Shown in pieces: positions 17,582 through 25,945 of a stretch of DNA of 64,000 nt (within the stretch, counting starts at the first letter, position 1; the number at the start of each line of letters is the position of its first letter). Source of the DNA: Candidatus Latescibacterota bacterium (GTDB lineage Bacteria; Latescibacterota; UBA2968); the NCBI GenBank assembly GCA_965207885.1, contig OZ242311.1, positions 768,001 through 832,000 of the forward strand. The letters are read 5' to 3'. The translations under genes were made by a program, and so were the position numbers. The notes under the pieces were generated by a model. The model saw only the letters and a list, made by a program, of their open reading frames with translations, did no database searches and was not told the origin of the DNA.

Positions 17582-17610
17582 TTGCATAAACCACTGTTTT
17601 TGTGTATATT
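17582..17610 (+). promoter_or_regulatory. Sigma70 promoter for a probably leaderless tnpB transcript
   Basis: TTGCAT-17 nt-TATATT, ATG 6 nt downstream, no SD. Confidence 0.65.
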
Positions 17611-17616
17611 TACATT

Positions 17617-18723
17617 ATGGAATACTTAACATACAAATACAAAATGTATAGTCTCTGTGATCGCAATATGTATATCCATAGGGATATAGATTCTTTTGCT
17701 GAGGTGTATAATCATTTCATTGCCTTGCACAAGCGATACTATCGGCGTTTTGGCAAATATCCGAGTAAGTTCACAATGATTAACCATTTGGCAAAGCTGA
17801 AAAGAACAACACGCTTTGCACATTGGCGTTTGTTGCCGTCACAGGCATTGCAAAATGTGGTTGAGCGTATAGACTTTGGCTATCAGAAATTCTTTGCCAG
17901 AGATAATAAGCGTCCGCCCACATTCAGGTCTCGCTTTCGGTATCAGTCCTATACGCTGAAGCAAGCAGGATACAAATTCCTCGAGCGTAACAAGGTGCGT
18001 ATTGGCAAGCGTATATTCAGATACCATAAGAGCAGAAAGTTCGATGTAGAGCGTATCAAGACGGTCACAATCAAACGTGACCGCGTAGGCGATTTGTGGC
18101 TATGTGTTGTTGCAAAAGCTGGGGGTATCAAGTCATTCATTATCAAGAACGGTAAAACCGCAGGTTTTGATTTTGGCTTGCAAATATATCTAACAGCCTC
18201 AGACAGCACAAGGACACAATCGCCATTGTTCTTCAATCGTAATTCGAGGAAAGTCAAAAAGGCTCATCGCAATCTTTCTCGTAAGAAGAAAGGTAGCAAC
18301 AATCGTCACAGGGCAAGAGTAAATCATGCCAGAGTGCATAGGCGCGTTGCTAATCAGCGCAGAGACTATCACTGGCAACTTGCCTATCAACTGTGTAAAG
18401 ACTATGACGTAATGTATTTTGAAACGCTGAATATCGACGCCATGAAAGCGTTGTGGGGCAGAAAGATTAGCGATTTGGGCTTCTCAGACTTTTTGAACAT
18501 TCTCAAGTATGTTGCCAAAAAGACGGGCAAGGTTGTCAAACAAATCGACAAATGGCTACCCACGTCAAAGACATGCTCTGCTTGTGATACAGTGAAAGAG
18601 AATCTTGAATTGCGAGAGAGAACATTCCATTGTTGCGCATGTGGCCTTGAGATGGATAGAGACCTCAACGCGGCGATAAACATTCACAGGTGGGGGCGTC
18701 CACCTATGGCGGAGGTAGCGTAA
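17617..18723 (+). CDS. tnpB: RNA-guided endonuclease TnpB
   Basis: RuvC residues GFDFG, YFETL, DRDLNAAINI; TSKTCSAC...CCAC zinc ribbon; SQALQ; ATG at 17617. Confidence 0.95.
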   Translation: MEYLTYKYKMYSLCDRNMYIHRDIDSFAEVYNHFIALHKRYYRRFGKYPSKFTMINHLAKLKRTTRFAHWRLLPSQALQNVVERIDFGYQKFFARDNKRPPTFRSRFRYQSYTLKQAGYKFLERNKVRIGKRIFRYHKSRKFDVERIKTVTIKRDRVGDLWLCVVAKAGGIKSFIIKNGKTAGFDFGLQIYLTASDSTRTQSPLFFNRNSRKVKKAHRNLSRKKKGSNNRHRARVNHARVHRRVANQRRDYHWQLAYQLCKDYDVMYFETLNIDAMKALWGRKISDLGFSDFLNILKYVAKKTGKVVKQIDKWLPTSKTCSACDTVKENLELRERTFHCCACGLEMDRDLNAAINIHRWGRPPMAEVA

Positions 18724-18846
18724 GACTTGCCGAACTTCGGGGAAGCAAGCAACTACTGTTGATCCCACAATCCCTGCTGAAGCAACAAGATTCTATAATC
18801 CCAATGCTTTAGATTTGGGAGTACGTCAAATTTTTAAATAAAAGCC
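18690..18846 (+). ncRNA. Putative TnpB omegaRNA (reRNA) scaffold plus flanking guide
   Basis: Overlaps the tnpB 3' end and right end (GTAAGAC..., right-end hairpin, TCAA); by the established TnpB model the guide is the flank atttttaaataaaagcc; 5' boundary approximate. Confidence 0.6.
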
Positions 18847-20044
18847 CATAGTACACGACAAAAAATAAAAGACCTGTGAAAAAAGCTAAAAAGAGTTAGG
18901 TTTGAATGTCCCAAGACAAACCTTTCTCATCTTAACAAGGCACAGGTCTATGTCTCCTGAAACTATTGAACTTCAAACGATTATGCAAGGATATTTTCAC
19001 TGGCATAAAGCCCGAATAACGTTTACCGCTGCGTTCATATTGTCGCTGATAAAATTGCGTAGCGTCAATTTTATGAAACTGGCAAACGCACTCAATGGAA
19101 CCGTCAAGCAGAAATCTAATTATCGTCGTATCCAACGCTTCTTTGCCCACTTTGCCTTACCCTATGCGTGTGTGAGACAATTGATCTTGCACTTATTACC
19201 TATAAAGTCGGATTTTATAGTCTCAATAGATCGCACCAATTGGAAGTTGGGAAAATTCAATATCAACATCCTAACCGCAGGCATTATCTATGAAGGGGTC
19301 GCCTTTCCTATCTGTTGGCACTTGTTAAAAAAACGGGGCAATTCCAATAGTGATGAGCGTATCCATTTGATGCAAGAAATGCTCAACTGCATCTGCAAAT
19401 CGCATATCCGCGTTGTCGTCGCAGACAGAGAATTTATTGGAAGAGAATGGTTTAGGTGGTTAGACACACAAAATATACCCTTTGTTATTCGCATCAAGGA
19501 AAACGCTCTTGTCTCATCAGGCGGTAGAGAGATCCCCATAAGAAAACGGTTTGAAAATCTTAATATCCATCAGCAGGTCAACTTGTGCAAACGCCACCGC
19601 GTTTATGACCTGCCTGTATATCTGTCTGCACTAAGATTGAAGGACCAATACCTCATTCTTGCCAGCAACCAAAAAGGTCAAGCCGCATTGGATACCTATA
19701 AAAAACGATGGGGCATTGAAGTCCTTTTTGCCAATCTTAAAAGTCGAGGATTTAATCTGGAAGAGACCCATCTTATACATCAAGACCGCATTGAGAAACT
19801 CATCGCGCTTTTGGCCATTGCCTGCATCTGGGCGCATATCATCGGCGAATGGATAGCAAAAACAAATCCTTTGACGATCAAAAATCACGGGCGGATGGAG
19901 AAAAGTCTCTTCCGATATGGGTTGGACTATTTGCAGTATGTCCTGCTCAATATAAACCAACAAACCCAACAGTTCCTCATATGCATTCGTTTACTGAGTA
20001 ATCCGCCACTGTTTAAAACAATTTAAGTTTTGTCGTGTACCATG
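18847..20044 (+). mobile_element. IS4-family insertion sequence
   Basis: 17-bp TIRs CATAGTACACGACAAAA / TTTTGTCGTGTACCATG (1 mismatch); 9-bp target duplication ATAAAAGCC at 18838-18846 and 20045-20053. Confidence 0.95.
18950..20026 (+). CDS. IS4-family DDE transposase
   Basis: YRRIQRFF, IDRTNW, ADREFIG, YKKRWGIE(x6)K (YREK motif), KSLFRYGLD. Confidence 0.93.
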   Translation: MSPETIELQTIMQGYFHWHKARITFTAAFILSLIKLRSVNFMKLANALNGTVKQKSNYRRIQRFFAHFALPYACVRQLILHLLPIKSDFIVSIDRTNWKLGKFNINILTAGIIYEGVAFPICWHLLKKRGNSNSDERIHLMQEMLNCICKSHIRVVVADREFIGREWFRWLDTQNIPFVIRIKENALVSSGGREIPIRKRFENLNIHQQVNLCKRHRVYDLPVYLSALRLKDQYLILASNQKGQAALDTYKKRWGIEVLFANLKSRGFNLEETHLIHQDRIEKLIALLAIACIWAHIIGEWIAKTNPLTIKNHGRMEKSLFRYGLDYLQYVLLNINQQTQQFLICIRLLSNPPLFKTI

Positions 20045-20884
20045 ATAAAAGCCTTCAACTAATTCTAAAAATTCGCGCCAGCTTTTGATTTCGACATGGG
20101 GGTCGGGTCCATCGAGTGGGGCGTCCAAACGGTTGTACCATACGGCGCCCATGCCGGCGTTGTGCGCGGCTGCGATATCGTATTGTGGTGAGTTGCCCAC
20201 ATACCATACGTCTGCGGGTTTGAATCCGAGTTTGGCGGCGGCGGTTTCCAACAAGAGGGGATGGGGTTTGCGTACCCAGTAGTCGGCGCTGGACATGAGA
20301 AAGCGGAAGTAGTCCGCGATTCCCTGTTGTTCGATTTCCCATATCAATGTGTTGCCGCAAAATGCGGCGTTGCTGACGATGCCCATTGGTATGTTTTTGT
20401 TTCGCAATATTTCGAGGACGTATTCTACGCCCGGTTCGGGTTGCCACGATGTTGCCGCACGCCAGAATACGCGTTCGACTTCTTCAGGTGTGCGGTCAAA
20501 GGTGATGTGCAGGGCTTCATAGACGTGGCGCTGGATGATGTGGGGATGAAATTCTACTTGTGCTTTTTCCCTGCGGGGTATGAGGTCGCGGTTGAGTCTT
20601 TTTATTTGGTTGTCAATGTCTGCGACTGTGTAACCCAATGGGTTGTTGGCGATGTTAAGTGTGGCCGCATGCCCGGCTTCTGGGTCGAATTTGAGGTATG
20701 TCAAGAGGGTGTCGCCCAGGTCAAATAAGATGCCGAGCGGTTTTCGCAAGGTGAGCCGTTCTTCGAGCAGGGGGTGTGGTTCTTCAAGGGTTTCTTCCTC
20801 GATGATCTGCTCTTCTTCGGTTTCTTCACCGCGTGTGGTCTCAGGTGTGCGTTCACGCATGTTTTTTGGGTTTTGTCGTTCCAT
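19991..20884 (-). CDS. HAD-family hydrolase; C-terminus replaced by IS4 sequence
   Basis: FDLGDTL, IVSN, RKPHP, YVGNSPQYDIAAA; residues after EGFY are read from the IS4 end. Confidence 0.85.
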   Translation of the reverse strand: MERQNPKNMRERTPETTRGEETEEEQIIEEETLEEPHPLLEERLTLRKPLGILFDLGDTLLTYLKFDPEAGHAATLNIANNPLGYTVADIDNQIKRLNRDLIPRREKAQVEFHPHIIQRHVYEALHITFDRTPEEVERVFWRAATSWQPEPGVEYVLEILRNKNIPMGIVSNAAFCGNTLIWEIEQQGIADYFRFLMSSADYWVRKPHPLLLETAAAKLGFKPADVWYVGNSPQYDIAAAHNAGMGAVWYNRLDAPLDGPDPHVEIKSWREFLELVEGFYHGTRQNLNCFKQWRITQ

Positions 20885-20962
20885 GTTTGTATGTCCATTT
20901 CACTGTGTTTCCAAATTATATAATGAGAAGGGGAATGAGGCAAGAAAGAATGTTGCGTTGTT

Positions 20963-20988
20963 GTAGGGGCGACCCCCTGTGGTCGCCC
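20963..20988 (+). repeat. GTAG-type REP
   Basis: GTAGGGGCGACCCCCTGTGGTCGCCC, identical to 54359-54384. Confidence 0.8.
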
Positions 20989-21073
20989 GCCAAAAATGAT
21001 ATGGCTTTTCAGGGTGTAAGGAATTATCATAACTTGCGATGTGACATAGCTACTATTGACAAGGAGTACGACA

Positions 21074-21913
21074 ATGGTTCCAGATCTCGATGTTTATTTG
21101 TTTGATTTGCGCGGGTACTTGCATTTGGAGGGGGCGCTGACGGATGATGAGGTTCAGGTGTTGAACGATTGTTTGGATGAGATTCCCGCGCTGAAGCCGG
21201 GGGAGTGGTACGGGTATGTTCAAGGCCATTCGTATGGCGATGTGACGTCGGGGATCAATTATCAGCAGATTTACGAGGCGGGCGAGCCGTTTGAAGATCT
21301 GATTGATCATCCGTCGTGGTTCGAGCATGTGAAGCTTTTTATCGGTGCGGAGGGGACGTTTGATCACCATCACGGTCCGATGTTTATCGATGAGTGTTTG
21401 GCAAATTTTCGCGAGCCGGGCGAGGCGATTGGCTTGCATTCGGGTGGGTTTCCGCCGATTGCGAGGAATCAGTTCCGGTATCACGGGGGGCGGTTTATGT
21501 GCGGGCAGGTCAATGTGCTGATGGCGCTGACGGATATCGGTCCGGGCGATGGGGGGACGATGTTGATTCCGGGGAGTCACAAGTCGAATTTCAGGCATCC
21601 GTATTACGATAAGCAGAGGATGGGAGAGGACAGGTCTGTGGATGGGACGGTGGGCGCGATTGAGGTGTTTATGAAGGCGGGCGATGCGCTCGTTTTTGTG
21701 GATGGAATTTCACACGGGTCGGCGAAGCGGGTGAATGCGGGGACGCGGCGCATTGTGGTGTATCGATACGGGCCTTCGTGGGGGAATTTCCGGCACGGGT
21801 ACCAGCCTTCGCCAGAGTTGCTGGAACGCCTCACGCCTCAACGCCGCCGTATTGTGCAACCGCAAGTGCTGCTCCCAAGGGAACCGCAGGTGAAAGATAA
21901 GAGTGAGCTGTAA
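21074..21913 (+). CDS. PhyH-family 2OG/Fe(II) enzyme, HSG variant
   Basis: AAGGAG RBS; FDLRGYL, GLHSGG, IPGSHK, AGDALVF, SHG, RRIVVYRY. Confidence 0.88.
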   Translation: MVPDLDVYLFDLRGYLHLEGALTDDEVQVLNDCLDEIPALKPGEWYGYVQGHSYGDVTSGINYQQIYEAGEPFEDLIDHPSWFEHVKLFIGAEGTFDHHHGPMFIDECLANFREPGEAIGLHSGGFPPIARNQFRYHGGRFMCGQVNVLMALTDIGPGDGGTMLIPGSHKSNFRHPYYDKQRMGEDRSVDGTVGAIEVFMKAGDALVFVDGISHGSAKRVNAGTRRIVVYRYGPSWGNFRHGYQPSPELLERLTPQRRRIVQPQVLLPREPQVKDKSEL

Positions 21914-21922
21914 ATAAGTGGT

Positions 21923-22765
21923 TCAGCACGTCACCCCGAGTTCGTCGCCGCCGAAGATGGCGAGGCGTTCTTTTGCGGTCATTTCCTCGGTGCTTTCGGG
22001 GCGGTAGTGGTATTGCAGTGCCCTGCGCCGGTGAGAGGATCGGTTGGTTGGGCTGCCGTGATGGGTCATGCCGTGCCAGAAGAGGCATCCGCCGGGGTCG
22101 AGGGGGACGGTGATGTTTCTGGGGACGGCGACGTCTGTGTCGCATATTTGCCAGTCGCGTCGCCTGAAATGCGGGATGGGTCCTTCGCGATGGGAGCCGG
22201 GGATGATGTGCAAGCACCCGTTTGCTTCTGTGGCGGCGTCGATGGCGATCCATACGCCGACGACGGTGGTGCCAACGGGATAGTTGAAATAGGCGCAGTC
22301 CTGATGCCAGGGTTTTTCGCGGCCGATGTGCGGGGGTTTGATCAGTCCCATGTCCTGAAAGAGTACGGGTGTGTCGTCCATCATGCGGGAGAGGACGGAG
22401 AGGATGTTGGGGGCGTGGGCGAGGTCGTTGAGCCGCGTGTCATGATCGACGAATTTCCAGATTTTACGCACGCTGTCGCGGCGCGCTTTGCCTGTGAGTT
22501 CGGAAAATTGTCCGCGTTTGGCGGCTTCGGCCATTATGCCTTTGAAGTCCTGGCTCTTGCCGTCGATGAGGTCCCACATGGCCTGGCCCGCGGATTTGGT
22601 TTGTTGTGGCGTGAATGCCCGTTGAATGGCGAGGTATCCCTGTTCGTGGAATCGGGCGATTTGACGGTCGTCGATGTCGGCGAGGGTGTCGAGGTAGTCT
22701 GCCCGTCTGGTCGTTTCATAGAGGGATGGGTCGTGCATCGCGATGGGTGTTTCGGCGGTTGCCAT
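21923..22765 (-). CDS. PhyH-family dioxygenase (canonical HQD)
   Basis: FHEQGYL, KPWHQD, WIAID, GCLHIIPGSH, HHGS, RRA; start at MATAET after AGGAG. Confidence 0.92.
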   Translation of the reverse strand: MATAETPIAMHDPSLYETTRRADYLDTLADIDDRQIARFHEQGYLAIQRAFTPQQTKSAGQAMWDLIDGKSQDFKGIMAEAAKRGQFSELTGKARRDSVRKIWKFVDHDTRLNDLAHAPNILSVLSRMMDDTPVLFQDMGLIKPPHIGREKPWHQDCAYFNYPVGTTVVGVWIAIDAATEANGCLHIIPGSHREGPIPHFRRRDWQICDTDVAVPRNITVPLDPGGCLFWHGMTHHGSPTNRSSHRRRALQYHYRPESTEEMTAKERLAIFGGDELGVTC

Positions 22766-22776
22766 GGGAGGCTCCT

Positions 22777-22830
22777 GTGAAGTAGGAAGTGTGAAGTAAG
22801 AAGTGTGAAGTAAGAAGTGTGAAGTGTGAA
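22777..22830. repeat. Heptamer tandem repeat (AAGTGTG/AAGTAAG)
   Basis: gtgaagtaggaagtgtgaagtaagaagtgtgaagtaagaagtgtgaagtgtgaa; also at ~55776 and ~56685. Confidence 0.8.
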
Positions 22831-22842
22831 TTTCAGGGATTG

Positions 22843-24555
22843 TCAATTGCCAAAACTCTGAACAAAAATTAGAAAATCTTCAAGGTCGATGGAACCACTA
22901 CTGTCTAAGTCTGCTGTCGCGTTAAATGCAGGATCGCCAATTTTTTTTCCAAAACTCTGAACAAAAATCAGAAAGTCCGCAAGATCTACCTTGCCGTTGC
23001 CGTCTAAATCTGGATTTGGAATAGTGGTAGATACCCACTCGGGGGCGTCAACCATAACGCTGGCATAGATTTCGTCTATTTGCTTTTTAAGCCGGGCAAC
23101 GATGTCTGGATGTTGGCTTGCGATATTTGTCTGCTGCCCGATATCGACAGATAAATCGTACAGCTCCACCCGACCGATGCCTCCGGCTTTGATTGCAGGG
23201 ATTGAAGCCTCCGGAAATTGGTTCAGTTTTATATATTGCATGCGCAGCTTCTCCGCCTCCGGGTTGTCAAACCTTCTGTTGATCATCTGAGTCCGATCGA
23301 TATTTTCCTCGCCCATTATTTCTCCGATCTGCTCCAGTATGGCATTCATAGCATCCCGATTATTTGGCAAGCTAAAGTTGCGAAATCCAATCAGCGTATA
23401 ATTGCCCTTTCTGAGCGACATAGCGGGCCATCCTTCTGGCCTCAGCCAGAACAGCGGTTTATGGCGTTGGAATTGATTCGCATTTCCAGTTAGCAATGGC
23501 GTAAGGTCAGAACCATCCAGATAAACGCCCTCGGGTTTGTCGATACCGAGCAATCCGCAAATCGTCGGTAGTAGATCGACCATGCCAGCAGGTTCATGCG
23601 CAACGCGTCCTTGCGTAATCCGACCAGGGGCATAGAAAATACCCGGTACGCGGTGGCCGCCTTCAAAGTTAGAGCCTTTCTGGCCGCGCAAATTGCCGAC
23701 GCGGTCTGAGCGATAGCTGCCGTTGTCAGATGAGTAAACAATGATCGTGTTTTCCAGCGAGTTGATCTGCCGCAGTTTGGATAACAAACGGGCAATTGCC
23801 CGGTCGGTATTGTCAACCGTGGCGGTATAAATCGCCGCGGGATCATTCAAGCGGCCGTATTGCGAGACAATTTCGTCTGGCGCGGCAAGCTGAGCATGCG
23901 GTTCGTGAAACCATATATTGAGAAAAAAGGGCGCATTGGAATCGCGCTCATTGTCCAACCACGAGATCGCTTCATCGACGACAATCTGGCAGGCATACCC
24001 TTCAATTTTTCCGACCCGCTCGCCGTTGCGAATAAAGTTCACGGGATTTCTGTGGCTTGGGTTGGCATTGTTTTCTGTGGCAAACCAGTAGTCAAAGCCG
24101 TGCATGTCCGGCGTGGGTTTGTTCTTGCCCCTATACGGCAGACCCAGATGCCATTTGCCAAAGTGCGCTGTGGCATAGTTGTGTTCCTTCAGAACCTCGG
24201 CCAACGTTGTCTCGCGCTCCAGCAAATGCATGTTGTGATGAATGTCGCTAATTGCATTGTAAACACCTGCGCGTATGTGATGCCGCCCGGTCAGTGCCAC
24301 GGCACGCGAGGGTGAGCAGATCGCACACCCGGCATGAAAGTCCGTGAAGCGCACACCTTTTGCCGCCATCTCATCCAGCGTTGGCGTCATGGCGGGTCCG
24401 CCGTAACAGCCAATATCCTTCCACCCCAGATCATCGACAAATAGAACCACCACATTGGGCGACATACCCGCGGCACACGCGCGCGAGTTCATTGATGCCA
24501 ATAGAAACCACAGGACAAATGATAAAATAGAGAGAGCAAGTGATCTGATATTTAT
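22843..24555 (-). CDS. Secreted Cys-type sulfatase with C-terminal dockerin/EF-hand pair
   Basis: PNVVVLFVDDLG, CSPSR, LTGR, GKWHLG, SDNG, ELYDL; DLDGNGKVDLADF and DLDSSGSIDLEDF; signal peptide extends upstream of TTG 24501 to an ATA codon at 24555. Confidence 0.9.
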   Translation of the reverse strand: MNIRSLALSILSFVLWFLLASMNSRACAAGMSPNVVVLFVDDLGWKDIGCYGGPAMTPTLDEMAAKGVRFTDFHAGCAICSPSRAVALTGRHHIRAGVYNAISDIHHNMHLLERETTLAEVLKEHNYATAHFGKWHLGLPYRGKNKPTPDMHGFDYWFATENNANPSHRNPVNFIRNGERVGKIEGYACQIVVDEAISWLDNERDSNAPFFLNIWFHEPHAQLAAPDEIVSQYGRLNDPAAIYTATVDNTDRAIARLLSKLRQINSLENTIIVYSSDNGSYRSDRVGNLRGQKGSNFEGGHRVPGIFYAPGRITQGRVAHEPAGMVDLLPTICGLLGIDKPEGVYLDGSDLTPLLTGNANQFQRHKPLFWLRPEGWPAMSLRKGNYTLIGFRNFSLPNNRDAMNAILEQIGEIMGEENIDRTQMINRRFDNPEAEKLRMQYIKLNQFPEASIPAIKAGGIGRVELYDLSVDIGQQTNIASQHPDIVARLKKQIDEIYASVMVDAPEWVSTTIPNPDLDGNGKVDLADFLIFVQSFGKKIGDPAFNATADLDSSGSIDLEDFLIFVQSFGN

Positions 24556-24557
24556 GG

Positions 24558-25805
24558 CTAATGTCCCCTGTTCTGAAGTGCTTCGATAAATCCATCGTAA
24601 GCCGGTTTGGGCTGCAGGTGATCATCGAATAAGAGCGGCCATTCGGGACGGCCCTGACTTCGGCCAGCCTGTATGAGCCAGGTGTCCGGGTCCGCTATTC
24701 CCCATATCGTGATGCCAAATCGCTGCGCTTCCGGTACCTGGTGGAAAGCTGTCACGATTTCTATGACGCGTTTTTTTTGCAATTCGAGCCGCTCTTGAGT
24801 CGGTGCGGACAGGTCGCCATCGGGATTGATGCGGATGTCCATCTCGGAGATGTGTAGTTTGAGTCCCCGTCGCACGATTTCGTCAATGGTTTCTCGTATT
24901 GCCGAGATGTCTGGGGATTTGTAGGAAATATGCATTTGCAAACCGACCCCGTCTATGGGAATGCCGCGTGTCTGAAAATCGTCCAGCATGTTTAGCATGC
25001 CAGCGCGTTTGGCGCGGGCCCAGGGCTGCGATGTGCCGTAATCGTTGTAAAATAGCAATACATCGGGGTCTGCTTCACGGGCATACTGAAACAGGCGGGC
25101 GATGTAGTCATTCCCCATACGCTGGCTGAACAAGTTGTCGCGCACCTTTCCAGTGCCGTCAATGCCTTCGTTGACTACGTCCCAACTGACGACCCGCCCG
25201 CGATACCGCTGCACCACTGTTGTGATATATTCCTTTATGGCTGCTTCAAAGGCCGCATCGTCCCCCGAGAAGTTTTCCATCCAGGTAGGCACGGCATTGT
25301 GCCACAGCAACGTATGACCATGGACCTGCATGTTGTTGGCTTCCGCAAAATCCACGAGCGCGTCTGCTCTGCGCCAGTCATAGGTGCCGGGTCCCGTTGA
25401 AATCGGCTTCGGCTTCATTTCCCATCCGCCGGTTATGCTGCTGAACGTCCTTTTGACGATAGACACCCGGGTATCATCGGTCAAATACTTCGTCTGGAGG
25501 GACACCCCTACCGGATAATCGGCCAGATCTTTTAGTTCAACAGATTGACCGAAAACCGCGACAAACGCGAGAAAGTCCTGGATATTAACGGTGTTGTCGC
25601 CATTAAAATCCATTTTGCTATCAAAACCTTCCTCCGATGAAGTCTTTCCGAAAGCCGCGGCAAATGCGAGAAAGTCTTGAATATCAACCTTCCGATTGCC
25701 ATCAAAATCTGCGCGTGCCAGGTCGGTTTGTGCATGGGCAAGACTGGTCAGAATAGGTGTTAATCCCAGTGCGAGACATAAAAGGATTTTTGTGTGTTTT
25801 TGCAT
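24558..25805 (-). CDS. GH10 endo-1,4-beta-xylanase with N-terminal dockerin/EF-hand pair
   Basis: GHTLLWH, WDVVNE, FYNDY, IDGVGLQMH, ISEMDI, TIWG, PLLFD; DFDGNRKVDIQDF and DFNGDNTVNIQDF. Confidence 0.93.
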   Translation of the reverse strand: MQKHTKILLCLALGLTPILTSLAHAQTDLARADFDGNRKVDIQDFLAFAAAFGKTSSEEGFDSKMDFNGDNTVNIQDFLAFVAVFGQSVELKDLADYPVGVSLQTKYLTDDTRVSIVKRTFSSITGGWEMKPKPISTGPGTYDWRRADALVDFAEANNMQVHGHTLLWHNAVPTWMENFSGDDAAFEAAIKEYITTVVQRYRGRVVSWDVVNEGIDGTGKVRDNLFSQRMGNDYIARLFQYAREADPDVLLFYNDYGTSQPWARAKRAGMLNMLDDFQTRGIPIDGVGLQMHISYKSPDISAIRETIDEIVRRGLKLHISEMDIRINPDGDLSAPTQERLELQKKRVIEIVTAFHQVPEAQRFGITIWGIADPDTWLIQAGRSQGRPEWPLLFDDHLQPKPAYDGFIEALQNRGH

Positions 25806-25945
25806 GATGCCAGATAAGTAGAGGGTGAATACTTGTTTATCGCTATACGAATGAGTTTGTCTTGCGAGGCCATCGCGTTCTGGCTACTTTGGGTATCGCA
25901 TTTTACACATCTTTCAATGAAGTGTCAATAATATCGGAGTTCATT

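Larger units (their letters stand above)
17357..18829 (+). mobile_element. IS200/IS605-family element, tnpB only (IS1341-like, non-autonomous)
   Basis: Left end TTAC|agcccgtaagCCCCAACAGCTTTAGCGTTGGG; right end aatCCCAATGCTTTAGATTTGGGagtacgTCAA; both resemble IS608 ends; no tnpA. The left cut could instead follow TTAT at 17348-17351. Confidence 0.85.

Noticed and set aside
17561-17653. Group I intron-like R/S motifs (GTTCACTGACTACA ... TGTATAGTC) suggesting an IStron
   Set aside because: No convincing P/Q elements; the S-like motif lies in tnpB codons; the spacer is explained by a sigma70 promoter; the element ends in TCAA rather than an omega-G. An Infernal search with group I models would settle it.
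22766-22846. N-terminal extension of PhyH (HTSHFLLHTSYF...)
   Set aside because: Translation of the heptamer repeat; an RBS supports the start at 22765
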